48,052 bases of DNA. Origin: Thermoprotei archaeon (lineage in GTDB: Archaea; Thermoproteota; Thermoprotei_A; EX4484-217-1). The notes below the pieces were generated by a model. The model was given only the letters and a program-made list of their open reading frames with translations. It searched no databases and had not been told where the DNA came from. The position numbers were made by a program, and so were the translations under genes. Of this stretch, positions 18,624-28,438 are shown one piece after another (position 1 is the first letter of the stretch; each line of letters starts with the position of its first letter). The stretch spans positions 1 to 48,052 of the forward strand of contig JAGGUY010000001.1 of NCBI GenBank assembly GCA_021158265.1, given 5' to 3'.

Positions 18624-19601
18624 ATGGTTCTTCTCTCAGTATCAAATCTTAAGAAATATTTTCCGCTACAGAAAAGCTTCATAGAGCGGGTGATTAGCAG
18701 AAGAAAACAGTATGTAAAAGCTGTGGACGGAATATCATTTATTATAAGAGAAGGCGAGGTCTTCTCCCTTGTTGGAGAATCCGGTTGCGGAAAGACAACC
18801 ACGGGAAGACTTATTGTAAGACTCGAAACCCCTGACTCAGGCAAAATAGTGTTTGATGGCAAAGATATAACCTTTGCTAAGGAGAAAGAGCTAAGGCCTC
18901 TTAGAAGGAAAATGCAAATAATTTTCCAGGACCCATATGCTTCACTTAATCCCAGAATGACGATTGGTGATGCTATAGCCGAACCCCTAATAATACATGG
19001 CATAGCTGATAAGAGGGAAGCTAGGGAAAAAGCCTTAGAAATGCTTGTGAACGTCGGATTAACTCCTCCTGAGCTTTTCTATAAGGCTTATCCACATCAA
19101 TTATCCGGGGGCCAGAGGCAAAGAGTAGTTATTGCTAGAGCAATGATTCTAAAACCCAAATTTATTGTAGCAGACGAGCCTGTTTCAATGATTGACGTTT
19201 CCCTTCGTGCTTCAATACTTAAGCTTCTCATGAAGTTCAAGAAGGACTTTAATTTAACAATGCTTTTCATAACACATGACTTAGCTGTTGCAAGGCTGAT
19301 TTCTGACGTAGTAGCAGTAATGTACCTTGGAAAAATAGTGGAGATAGCACCAGTAGACGAACTTGTCGAAAATCCGTTACATCCGTATACTAAGGCATTA
19401 CTTTCCTCGGTACCTACAATAGTACCCCAAATGAAGAGAGAAAAAATAATTCTTAAAGGCGATGTACCAAACCCCATAAACCCTCCTTCCGGATGCAGAC
19501 TGCATCCAAGATGCCCCTTAGCAATTGAGCGCTGTAGTAAGGAAGAACCTAAACTAAAATATGTTGGAAATAATCACTATGTAGCATGTCATTTACTTTG
19601 A
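18624..19601 (+). CDS. Peptide ABC ATPase (DppF type)
   Basis: [35 protein letters not shown]. Confidence 0.94.
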   Translation: MVLLSVSNLKKYFPLQKSFIERVISRRKQYVKAVDGISFIIREGEVFSLVGESGCGKTTTGRLIVRLETPDSGKIVFDGKDITFAKEKELRPLRRKMQIIFQDPYASLNPRMTIGDAIAEPLIIHGIADKREAREKALEMLVNVGLTPPELFYKAYPHQLSGGQRQRVVIARAMILKPKFIVADEPVSMIDVSLRASILKLLMKFKKDFNLTMLFITHDLAVARLISDVVAVMYLGKIVEIAPVDELVENPLHPYTKALLSSVPTIVPQMKREKIILKGDVPNPINPPSGCRLHPRCPLAIERCSKEEPKLKYVGNNHYVACHLL

Positions 19602-20386
19602 ACATTTAATGAAAACTCCTTAGCAACAATTAATCCGAGGAGAGTGACCACTACCCCTAAAATGCTTCCCTCAAGGCCAAATTTTCCTCCAGTAATTATA
19701 TCGTTAGATATATTATAGTTTAATGTGAAAAGAGAGTGCTTGTATTCATGACCACTTACTGGAAAGCCTAGCAATACTTGCGCATAATTCCAAAAGGCAT
19801 GGTATAGTACTGGATAAACTATGCTTCCCCCATAAACTACCATTACCGATAACAATATGCTGGCAAGAAATAGCTGAATAAATGAAATAATGTTGTAGCC
19901 AGGATTCGAGATGTGTAAGAGGGAAAAGAGAAGAGAAACAATAAATATCGATGTTCTTATCCCTAACGATTCAGAAAGCTTAAACAGAAGATATCCTCGA
20001 AAGATAGCTTCTTCGCCAAGAGAGGAAATAAGGATTATTATGAAATACATTATCAAGCTTGCTACGTGAAAATTGCTAACCATGCTAACCTTATATATCC
20101 TTAAGCATGTACCTAAGATTAATGCTAAGAATATAAGGGCGAAAGCTAAAAATGCTGAGAAAATAGCGTATGGAATCTTTATTGATGTTGAGAAACCGTA
20201 TTCTTCAAACTTTCTTCCCTCAGCCTTTACGAAAACGTATATTACAGTTAGCCAATAAGGAACTAAATATGCCTCATAAACTTCCTCTAAACCTATTATT
20301 TTCAAAATATGCACTATTAATGCTGAACCCAGAAATGTTACGATAAAGAAAAATAGGGAAACTACGGTGCTTTCGCTCTTATCCAC
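19589..20386 (-). CDS. CPBP (CAAX/Abi) family intramembrane metalloprotease
   Basis: EEAIFRG, FSLLH, HAFWN; probable start GTG 20386, since the longer ORF begins inside the repeat element. Confidence 0.85.
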   Translation of the reverse strand: MDKSESTVVSLFFFIVTFLGSALIVHILKIIGLEEVYEAYLVPYWLTVIYVFVKAEGRKFEEYGFSTSIKIPYAIFSAFLAFALIFLALILGTCLRIYKVSMVSNFHVASLIMYFIIILISSLGEEAIFRGYLLFKLSESLGIRTSIFIVSLLFSLLHISNPGYNIISFIQLFLASILLSVMVVYGGSIVYPVLYHAFWNYAQVLLGFPVSGHEYKHSLFTLNYNISNDIITGGKFGLEGSILGVVVTLLGLIVAKEFSLNVQSK

Positions 20387-20450
20387 GTAACACCTGTTTG
20401 TTCCTACTGCTTTATTTTGTTTGGAACTGTTGCATAGTGTGTCTGCGGTA

Positions 20451-20686
20451 GGGGCTTCCACTTCGCCTAGAGGGTTCACTTCACGGCTCATCCCTATGGG
20501 TTCATGGGTGGGGGTCGAGCCCAACGGCACAAGGGCTCCCATCCACGCTTACCCCCTTGCGGGCTCAGAGCAAAGCTCCCATCACCCGCATACCCGCGAG
20601 AATCATTGACTCAGCATATTATAAACGTATTGCTCGGAACAAAAAGATATAAAAGGACAATGAAAAGCTACAGTCTAAAGTTTCTG
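20451..20686 (-). mobile_element. Non-autonomous IS200/IS605 (tnpB)-derived miniature element, copy B
   Basis: Homologous to 5008-5231; stem GAGCCC/GGGCTC; encodes VPLGSTPTHEP, resembling archaeal TnpB C-termini; contains TTTTATAT and TTTATAA boxes on the minus strand. Confidence 0.65.
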
Positions 20687-20691
20687 TTCTT

Positions 20692-21297
20692 TCATCGTTT
20701 GAAAAGGTTCTTTAACTCGTTATATTTTTTTAGATAATACTTACCTTTATTTGTAGCTCTATATAGACCTTTAACTCTCCTATCGCCATCTATTCTCTCT
20801 TCAATGATCATTTCCTTTTTCATTAGTTCCCTAAGATGCTTATTAAGCCATGGAGTGTTTGTTTTCAAAACGTATAGAAGCTTTGTTTTAGTAATTCCAT
20901 CCAATGAAGCTGAAATTATTTTAGCATAGATTTCATACTTGGAAATTTGAGGTCCAAGCTCTTTTACAACGAGGCTTCCATGCTTATATGTGAAACCGTA
21001 TTTTTCTATATTAGGTATTCTTTCGAACTTACTACTATTAATTATGTCGTTTAAGCTATTGTATGCTTTTAAAACCTTAGCACCATACCTTGTCATGTGG
21101 TATCTTTTCCTGCGATTCACTAAAACTCCCTTAATGAGCTTTCTCTTTATCATGAAGTTAACGTATTTCTGAACCTGCCTATAGTTCAAATTTGATTCTC
21201 TAAGTATTTGAGAAATAGAAGCGCCTGAAGCACATGTTTTAAGGATATCCATTACAATTTCTAAACTACTCCTTCGGCATCCTTTATAAGATGTCAT
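20692..21297 (-). CDS. Tandem winged-helix transcriptional regulator
   Basis: Two wHTH repeats: RRSSLEIVMDIL..SNLNY..YHMTRYG and SKYEIYAKII..TKTKLLY..YRATNKG. Confidence 0.8.
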   Translation of the reverse strand: MTSYKGCRRSSLEIVMDILKTCASGASISQILRESNLNYRQVQKYVNFMIKRKLIKGVLVNRRKRYHMTRYGAKVLKAYNSLNDIINSSKFERIPNIEKYGFTYKHGSLVVKELGPQISKYEIYAKIISASLDGITKTKLLYVLKTNTPWLNKHLRELMKKEMIIEERIDGDRRVKGLYRATNKGKYYLKKYNELKNLFKR

Positions 21298-21471
21298 ATT
21301 TAAACAAAACCGCTACTTTTAGGTAAACTTACTGTTACAGTATTATTAAACGTTCCTATATAGCATTACTGTTTCTACAAGAACAAACCCATTTTTAAAC
21401 TTTGCCTCAATAATAGAACCAAATAAGGTTTATTTGTCGCGCAAAAATTTACTGTTAATAGGTTATCGGAA

Positions 21472-22470
21472 GTGTTATTCGAAAAACTCGTTACAAGCCA
21501 TGTAGGCAGTTTTCCCCTAACACATAGCTGGGATAATGTTAAGAAAATATTTAAAGAACTTATCAATTTAGGCATAGATATTCCACCATATCCTCAAATG
21601 AGAAGTTTCATAGACATATATCTTGAACCATTAGCTAAAGCCGGAATAATTTCCCTGAAGGGTTCAAGATACTTTGCCGATGAAAAAATTCTCCGCGACA
21701 CTAAGCCTCCTACAGCTGAAATCCCTGAAGCAAAAATAGTCTCTGAAATCTCAGAGAAAATAGGGTTTAAGGGAATTCTTAGAGCACCCATAACTGGGCC
21801 ATTCACTCTATCTTCAAGAATATATTTTTCCGAAAGTACAAGCCTTTCAGCAACAGCTATGGCCAAAAAGGATCTTGTACTAAACTTTTTCGCAGAATAT
21901 GTTAGGTCTTTTGTGAAGCAAATGGTTAATTTAGGCTATAAATTCATCGTCATAGACGAGCCTATGCTTGCAAACATTATCGGACGAAGAATAATATTGT
22001 ATGGATATAGAGCTGAAGACATAGTAGAAGTTTATTCAAAAATTCTCGAACCAGCAAAGCATAAGGGTGTAATTAGGGGAACACATGTTTGCGGAAGACT
22101 CCCTAAGAGGCTCCCAGAAATACTTGCTGAAGTTGATGTTTTAGATGTTTTAAACCATGAATTTAAGGATTCTCCAGAGAACTTCGAGGTTTTCACCAAA
22201 GACTTGCTTGAAAAACACGATAAAATACTTAGCCCAGGAATAGTTAGCTCTAAAAGGCTTAGAGTTGAAAGTTTCGAGGAAACATACTCGTTACTCTCAA
22301 GAATTCTTAATAAGTTTGGAGAGAGAGCAAATATTATTTCAGCAGATTGCGGTTTCGGGGCTCTTAGGACAGGAGAAGTTACAGAAGAGGAAGCCTATGA
22401 AATAGCTAAGAAAAAGCTTGAGCTGATAGTTAAAGTTGTTAGGAAAGCTAATGAGGAGTTTAAAGGGTAA
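21472..22470 (+). CDS. Core (single-barrel) methionine synthase, MetE C-terminal-like
   Basis: VGSFPL, YPQMR, ITGPFTL, IDEP, Zn ligands HVC..HEF..DCGFG; 332 aa with no N-terminal folate barrel. Confidence 0.82.
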   Translation: MLFEKLVTSHVGSFPLTHSWDNVKKIFKELINLGIDIPPYPQMRSFIDIYLEPLAKAGIISLKGSRYFADEKILRDTKPPTAEIPEAKIVSEISEKIGFKGILRAPITGPFTLSSRIYFSESTSLSATAMAKKDLVLNFFAEYVRSFVKQMVNLGYKFIVIDEPMLANIIGRRIILYGYRAEDIVEVYSKILEPAKHKGVIRGTHVCGRLPKRLPEILAEVDVLDVLNHEFKDSPENFEVFTKDLLEKHDKILSPGIVSSKRLRVESFEETYSLLSRILNKFGERANIISADCGFGALRTGEVTEEEAYEIAKKKLELIVKVVRKANEEFKG

Positions 22471-22471
22471 A

Positions 22472-24211
22472 ATGGTAAAGGTAACTGTTAAGCCTCAGAA
22501 TGTATCAGTAGATGTTAGTAAAGGAACATTGCTAATTGAAGCTATAAGAAAAGCTATTCCATGGTTTCCATCCCCATGCGGAGGCTTAGGTATTTGTGGT
22601 AAATGCAAAGTCAGAATAATTAAGGGGAAACTTAGTAAACCTACATCAAATGAGAAATTACTAAACATCTTACATGAAGGATTTAGATTAGCTTGCCAAA
22701 CAACAGTGTTTGATGACACTATTGTTGAAATATCTTATAGAGAACCTATAGCTTTCCCAACAATTTCGACTATTGAAATTAAAGTTCCTGTTAAACCGTG
22801 GATTTCTTGGAGGACCTTTGAATCCTCAAAATATTCTAAACAGTTCGACAAGTTTGTTCTTGAAGAAGTTGGTGCTAGGTATTTAAGCTATGCCGCAGCA
22901 AGGGAGTTAATTAACGTTAAACTAAATGGTAAAGCTACCATTATGGCTTATGGAGAAGCAGTCTATAGAGTTGATACATACCATTTTGAACCCTTAGGCT
23001 TAGCTGTTGACATTGGAACAACAAAAATAGCCGGATACCTTATTGATTTAAGTACAGGCACTACTTTAAATGAAGGATTTACGCTAAATCCCCAACTAAA
23101 ATACGGTGACGATATTGTTTCTAGAATGACCGTAGCCCTAATGGATAAGAGGAAGCTTTATGATATGAGAAACATTACTTTAAAATCAATTGAGGATTTG
23201 GCTAAGAAGCTGGCTTTAGAAGTGAAGAAACCTGTTACAAACATTACTGCTATATCTATTGTTGGAAACACTGCAATGCATCATATTCTTTTAGGGCTAG
23301 ACTTAAGTGGTATAGCATTTGCCCCCTATATTCCAAAAGAATCATCTCCAATAATCGAGTATGGAGGTAACTTAGGATTTAAAATCCTAAGAAGAACCAT
23401 GGTTTACATAGCCCCTGTTATTTCAGGATATGTTGGTGGAGATGCTGTTGCAACATTATTGACAATTCATTATTTAAATCCCAAACTACCCTCCTTAGTC
23501 ATTGATGTAGGTACGAATGCTGAAATAGGCTTATTTTTAAAGGACAAAATTGTTGTTGCTAGCGCGCCAGCGGGACCAGCAATCGAGGGTCATGTTACTT
23601 CAGGTTTAAAGGGGGTTCAAGGAGCAATATATGATGTTGAAGCTGAGAAAGTAGGCGATAATGTTAAGTTTAACGTAAAAGTTCTCGGTGAAACGGAGCC
23701 TTCAGGAATTAGTGGAAGTGGTGCAGTAAGTATCGTATCCGAACTTTTAAGAATAGGGGCAATTACGGCTACAGGCAAACTTAAAATAGGAAATTATGAT
23801 GAAAGAGGTGTAAGGTACGTTAAGATAGTTGATTCTAAGAAACCCATAGTATTTACTCAAACTGACATTAGGGAGATTCAGAAAGCTAAGTCAGCAATTC
23901 AAACTACATGGCAATTGATGCTTGAGGATGAAGGTCTATCTGAAGATGATTTAGAATCTGTTTTCATAGCCGGAACTTTTGGTTCGTATCTAAAACCCAT
24001 ACATGCCCAAAGGATAGGTCTCATACCTAAAGTGGATTTAGATAAGATATTCATTATCGGTAATGCTGCCGGAGCCGGAGCTAAGTTAATGTTGATAAAT
24101 GGGGAGGCTAGAAGGAAAGGTGAGGAAATAGCTCTTAAGGCTGAACACAGAGTTTACGCTTCTACTGATAGATTTAGAAAGTTATGGATTAAAAATTTAA
24201 ATTTCAAATAA
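22472..24211 (+). CDS. ATP-dependent reductive activator of corrinoid proteins (RACE/RACo; 2Fe-2S + ASKHA)
   Basis: CGGLGICGKC..RLACQ, DIGTT, GYVGGD, DVGTNAE, AGPAIEG, DIREIQKAK, GNAA. Confidence 0.88.
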   Translation: MVKVTVKPQNVSVDVSKGTLLIEAIRKAIPWFPSPCGGLGICGKCKVRIIKGKLSKPTSNEKLLNILHEGFRLACQTTVFDDTIVEISYREPIAFPTISTIEIKVPVKPWISWRTFESSKYSKQFDKFVLEEVGARYLSYAAARELINVKLNGKATIMAYGEAVYRVDTYHFEPLGLAVDIGTTKIAGYLIDLSTGTTLNEGFTLNPQLKYGDDIVSRMTVALMDKRKLYDMRNITLKSIEDLAKKLALEVKKPVTNITAISIVGNTAMHHILLGLDLSGIAFAPYIPKESSPIIEYGGNLGFKILRRTMVYIAPVISGYVGGDAVATLLTIHYLNPKLPSLVIDVGTNAEIGLFLKDKIVVASAPAGPAIEGHVTSGLKGVQGAIYDVEAEKVGDNVKFNVKVLGETEPSGISGSGAVSIVSELLRIGAITATGKLKIGNYDERGVRYVKIVDSKKPIVFTQTDIREIQKAKSAIQTTWQLMLEDEGLSEDDLESVFIAGTFGSYLKPIHAQRIGLIPKVDLDKIFIIGNAAGAGAKLMLINGEARRKGEEIALKAEHRVYASTDRFRKLWIKNLNFK

Positions 24212-24249
24212 AAACTACCGACTAAGCCTAGGAGAGGTGATTGCGTGAA

Positions 24250-25233
24250 ATGTTATTCTCAAGGGAACCTTTAAGACCATTTAGATTCAAGGTTCCTCAG
24301 AAAACGTTTAGAATAGGAAGTGTCATTTTTGGTGGAGAACCTGGAGAGAGACCTACCGTTCTTGTGGGTAGCATTTTTTACCTTGGGGACAAACTTGTTA
24401 TAAATCATGATGAAGGAGTTTTCGATAAGGAGAAAACGAAGGAAGCAATAAAGTATGCTGAAGAGGTAGCTGAGAAGTACTCTTTACCCTTAGCTATAGA
24501 CTTGGTTGCTTACTCTGAAAAAGCTATGGAAAACTATGTTCCATTTGTAGCTGAAGTAACGGAGGCACCGATATTTTTAGATGGTGTTGAGGAGAAGGCT
24601 AGGATTGCCGCGTACAAAATATCTCACGAAATAGGTATTACTGAAAGGGTTATTGGAAACGCAATATATACTCACTCAAAAGAGAGCGAACTAAACGCCT
24701 TAAAAGAGTATGAAATAAGGAACGTAGTACTTATGGCATTTGATGTAGCAAACCCTATGAAAAGCATGATGCCTAAGGATAGATTAGAAATTCTGAAAAA
24801 CCAGCTCATACCTAAAGCTGAGGAAGCACAAGTAAAACAGCCTTTAGTCGATGTAGTAGTTCTGGATCCAGCTTCAATAGCTATTAGTGCAGCATCGGTT
24901 TTGAAAATAAAGGAGGAAACGGGGTTACCTGTAGGTTGCGCACCAGCTAACGCCTTAGGTCCCGTTACTAAAGCAGCATTTGGTGTCGAAGGTATGAGCG
25001 GAATACATGGTGGAACGGCAGTTTTTCTCCAAATGTTTGGAACAGACTTCATATTCTACGGACCAATAAGAAGAATAAAGTATGTGGCGCCAGCAGTTGC
25101 AGTAGCTGATGCTTACCTAGCTTATCTAGCGAAATTCGAAGGAAAAAGGCCTCCTAAGAAGCATCCATTCAATACATTACTTAGGAAGCTTCAGAGAATG
25201 TTTACAGGAATTGAAGTATGGCAGCCAAAATAA
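24250..25233 (+). CDS. mtrH: MtrH/MtgA-like methyl-pterin:corrinoid methyltransferase
   Basis: FRFKVPQ..GGEPGERPTVLVGSIFY..GVFDKEK, GLPVGCAPAN, DFIFYGPI; GGAGAGGTGA RBS upstream. Confidence 0.82.
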   Translation: MLFSREPLRPFRFKVPQKTFRIGSVIFGGEPGERPTVLVGSIFYLGDKLVINHDEGVFDKEKTKEAIKYAEEVAEKYSLPLAIDLVAYSEKAMENYVPFVAEVTEAPIFLDGVEEKARIAAYKISHEIGITERVIGNAIYTHSKESELNALKEYEIRNVVLMAFDVANPMKSMMPKDRLEILKNQLIPKAEEAQVKQPLVDVVVLDPASIAISAASVLKIKEETGLPVGCAPANALGPVTKAAFGVEGMSGIHGGTAVFLQMFGTDFIFYGPIRRIKYVAPAVAVADAYLAYLAKFEGKRPPKKHPFNTLLRKLQRMFTGIEVWQPK

Positions 25234-26099
25234 ATTATGAGAGAGTAGAAATCCTAAGTGAACTGATAGGTAAATTAGGATTAGAAACGATTTACTTTAT
25301 CGAAGAGAAAGATAAACAGCTAGAAGCTATGAGGAATCTTTATGCTAAAACAGGACATGTAGGTTATGTTTGTTTATTAGCTGTTTCAAATGCTCTAATA
25401 AGCTATAAGCTTTCGGTGAAAGGAGAAGAGTACTGGTTAACATTTTCTAAAGAACTTTCTAAAACAAAACCTTCACTAAATTACGCCTTAGAAAACATAG
25501 TTAGATTTCTTAGAAAACACAGATTAAATGTCATTAATTTGGAACAGAAAATCAATAGGTTAAGAAGGCTTTATTCATCAAACATAGTGCATAAAATCTT
25601 TAACAACCCTGAAGCCTATGCGAGAAACATAGTTAAACTTTGGAAGGATATAAGTGAAGCACTTCATACCGACCCTAAATCTAAGACCATAGTTTTCTCT
25701 ATCAAAATGTTTTACTATGCATACTATGCTTCAACAGATATTCGCATAAGATTGCCCATGGAAATACCTATACCTGTTGACTTCAGAGTTTCAATAATAA
25801 GTTTAACTTCAGGGTTATTACAATTTAAGCGCTCTATGATGTTCTCAGATAAAGTAAAACTACTTCTTAGTAAATATGGTGATGCTGTAAGAGAAGCCTG
25901 GAATGAAGTAAGTGAAAGAGCAAAAGTTCCTCCTCTGAACCTTGACGCCCTAATTTGGGTTTTTGGAAGAAACGTCACTCTTCAATGTTCTAAAGAGAAG
26001 ATTGTACGTAAAACATTCGAATACTTACGAGAACTCTTCGATAGAGAACCTGACACATTAATGAAGAAACTTGTTTATGAGTTCTTCAAATACTGCTAA
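25218..26099 (+). CDS. Archaeal 8-oxoguanine N-glycosylase/DNA lyase (AGOG)
   Basis: NALISYKL..GEEYW, KTIVFSIKMF, IPIPVDFRV, PPLNLDALIW. Confidence 0.88.
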   Translation: MAAKINYERVEILSELIGKLGLETIYFIEEKDKQLEAMRNLYAKTGHVGYVCLLAVSNALISYKLSVKGEEYWLTFSKELSKTKPSLNYALENIVRFLRKHRLNVINLEQKINRLRRLYSSNIVHKIFNNPEAYARNIVKLWKDISEALHTDPKSKTIVFSIKMFYYAYYASTDIRIRLPMEIPIPVDFRVSIISLTSGLLQFKRSMMFSDKVKLLLSKYGDAVREAWNEVSERAKVPPLNLDALIWVFGRNVTLQCSKEKIVRKTFEYLRELFDREPDTLMKKLVYEFFKYC

Positions 26100-26218
26100 T
26101 TGAATAGGATATTACATCTAGTAATATTTTTCATTACGCTAAACTATCCTATGTAATGTTATCATTAATATTTAAAAGCCTCTCACAGTCCATAATACGT
26201 TAAAAGGCTAATGGTGCA

Positions 26219-27358
26219 TTGGCTATGGTAGTGCCGGGGATTAAGTGCCAACCCATACCTCCATGTCCTAAGAGAATGCTCAATGGTCCATGTGGTGGTG
26301 TTAGAGAAGGCTATACATGTGAGGTTGATGGTAGAAGATGTGTATGGATTGATGCCTTTATAGAAGCTAAAAGAAGGGGTAATCTTAAGCCATTCACTGA
26401 AGTACTTCTTGATGCTAATTTTAAAGTTAGAGATTATAAGCCAAAAACAAGAGAACCAAAAAGTAAGGTCATGAAGCTCCTTTTAGAGAGAAAGTATATT
26501 TTAGCTTTTGAAGTTGAAACCGGAAGAAACATTGACTTAACAAGGTTTAAAGAACTTTCACGAGAACTTTCACCATATTATGATACTTTAACATTTACAG
26601 ACAATCCTGTGGGAAGCATAGAAATAGACCCTTTAGCTCCTGCAATAATTTCTCAAAACAATGGTGTTGAATCAATACTTCATGTTACATGTAAGAATAG
26701 AGATAGAGTTGCTTTAACATCCTACCTTATGGCAGCAGCTGCCGCAGGAATTAGAAACATAATAGCTGTTACAGGAGATTGGCCCTTCCTATCAGGAGCT
26801 AAATACATGTTTCCATCATTCGATTTAGATGCTGTAAGACTAATTTACTTAGCAAGACTTATGACGGATCTTCATGTTGATTTCTCAGGTAGAAGAATTG
26901 AAGGTAATCCTTTCTTCCATGTTTTTACAGCGTTTAATCCGCATTTTGCACCTTTAGAGCTGGAAGTGCTTAAGTTAATTAAGAAGATTAAAGCTGGAGC
27001 TGAGGCTGCATTTTCACAACCAATATATTCAGTATTAACTTGGAGGAAAGTTAAGAAGTATTTTAAAGAGTATGGTATTAAAGTACCCGTGGTTGTAGGG
27101 CTAATGCCTGTTAAATCTATTAAAATGGCTAAGGTTCTAATGAGAGAGTTAGGAATCCATATACCGGAGGAATATGTTAGGTTCTTAAATGGCAATAAGA
27201 GTTATGAGGAAATATACAGTTTTAATATTGAATATTTTAGAAAGCTTGCTGAAAACCTTATGGCAGAACATGATGGTATCAGCGGATTTCATGTGTTAAC
27301 ATTTGGAGATTTAAAGCTTGCAAGCGAGCTAGGTAGGTGTTTAAGGAAATTAAGATAG
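26219..27358 (+). CDS. metF: Methylenetetrahydrofolate reductase with fused N-terminal MetV-like Cys domain
   Basis: CPKRMLNGPCGG..CEVD..CVW then TDNP, HVTCKNRDR, VTGD, KIKAGA..SQP. Confidence 0.85.
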   Translation: MAMVVPGIKCQPIPPCPKRMLNGPCGGVREGYTCEVDGRRCVWIDAFIEAKRRGNLKPFTEVLLDANFKVRDYKPKTREPKSKVMKLLLERKYILAFEVETGRNIDLTRFKELSRELSPYYDTLTFTDNPVGSIEIDPLAPAIISQNNGVESILHVTCKNRDRVALTSYLMAAAAAGIRNIIAVTGDWPFLSGAKYMFPSFDLDAVRLIYLARLMTDLHVDFSGRRIEGNPFFHVFTAFNPHFAPLELEVLKLIKKIKAGAEAAFSQPIYSVLTWRKVKKYFKEYGIKVPVVVGLMPVKSIKMAKVLMRELGIHIPEEYVRFLNGNKSYEEIYSFNIEYFRKLAENLMAEHDGISGFHVLTFGDLKLASELGRCLRKLR

Positions 27359-28321
27359 TAACAATGTGATTTCATAATCTAGCTTCTCAAGAAACTGATA
27401 TAGTTTTTCAAACGGTATTCTAGCCCCCGCAGCTAATGGATGACCTCCCCCAGACCCTTCAAATTCTAAAGCTATTCTTCTTAATAATATGTTTAAGTTT
27501 ATTCTCTTATCGGAGCATCTAATACTTAGAATCGCTATGTTCCTTTTAATTTCAATAGCCACACCTACAGGCTTTCCTAAATAGGCTTTAACATAAGTTG
27601 CTGCCCTAGTTAAACTACCTTTAGGGTTAATAACGTATGCTAAATTTTTTAATGCCTTAGCTTGCTTCTTAATATCTAACCTCATTTCTTCCTCGCTAAC
27701 CGATTCCATGAGAGCTCTCACAATAAGCTCGCTCATTTCGCTAGGAAGTCTATTTTCAGAAAGATGTTTCACTACCCTTCTTTTAAATTCATAGAGCTTT
27801 CGTGCACCCTCTAAGCCTTGGCTTAGAACTCCAGCTTCGAAATATATTGTTCTCTTATCCCAGTTTTCTAAAGTCTTTTTAACCCATGGTGTTTCATCGA
27901 GATAGTCCGATATAGCTCCATATATTGCAACCCTACTCATATCCTCGTCAAGAAGGTTTTCGAAGAACTTAAATGTTAACTCTGAGGTCGAAACTTTCTC
28001 GTCATGAACTATGTTCATAGGGAATTCTTTAAGCTTAATACTTAAGGGCTCAGGATGGTGATCAATATATGTTATTTCAACGCCTTTCCTAGATAAGTAT
28101 CCTATGAGCTTTAATAGATCTTCTAAATGTTTTTCGCTCAACGCAACATCAAGTATGAAAACTTTATTTTCATGTTTAACATTGTGAAGAAGATCTTCGT
28201 AAAGCCCTACAGGATGTGTGAAAAACACTTTCCCATTACCTTTAAGTGTAACTAGTGTTAATGCTGCTGAAACTATGCCATCAGCATCTCCATGGGCGAA
28301 AATTATTGCTGACAAAAACAA
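27350..28321 (-). CDS. DHH/DHHA1 phosphoesterase
   Basis: HGDADG, LDV, YIDHH, GGGHPLAAG. Confidence 0.88.
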   Translation of the reverse strand: MFLSAIIFAHGDADGIVSAALTLVTLKGNGKVFFTHPVGLYEDLLHNVKHENKVFILDVALSEKHLEDLLKLIGYLSRKGVEITYIDHHPEPLSIKLKEFPMNIVHDEKVSTSELTFKFFENLLDEDMSRVAIYGAISDYLDETPWVKKTLENWDKRTIYFEAGVLSQGLEGARKLYEFKRRVVKHLSENRLPSEMSELIVRALMESVSEEEMRLDIKKQAKALKNLAYVINPKGSLTRAATYVKAYLGKPVGVAIEIKRNIAILSIRCSDKRINLNILLRRIALEFEGSGGGHPLAAGARIPFEKLYQFLEKLDYEITLLLS

Positions 28322-28438
28322 TCAGCCTACATTATAGCAATATGTTGTTAAGCGGTTTATAAGTTATTTCGGAATGGAACATTTGAAATTATGCTTAAAT
28401 ACCACTAGGATCTATCGTTTGGATAGGGTGTACAAACG

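Noticed and set aside
20387..20737. N-terminal 52 aa of the protease ORF and ORFs 20421-20609, 20504-20737
   Set aside because: Derived from the inserted element; most likely incidental reading frames
24250..25233. mtrH as evidence of methanogenesis
   Set aside because: No mtrA-G or mcr in the window; stand-alone MtrH/MtgA homologs occur in non-methanogens
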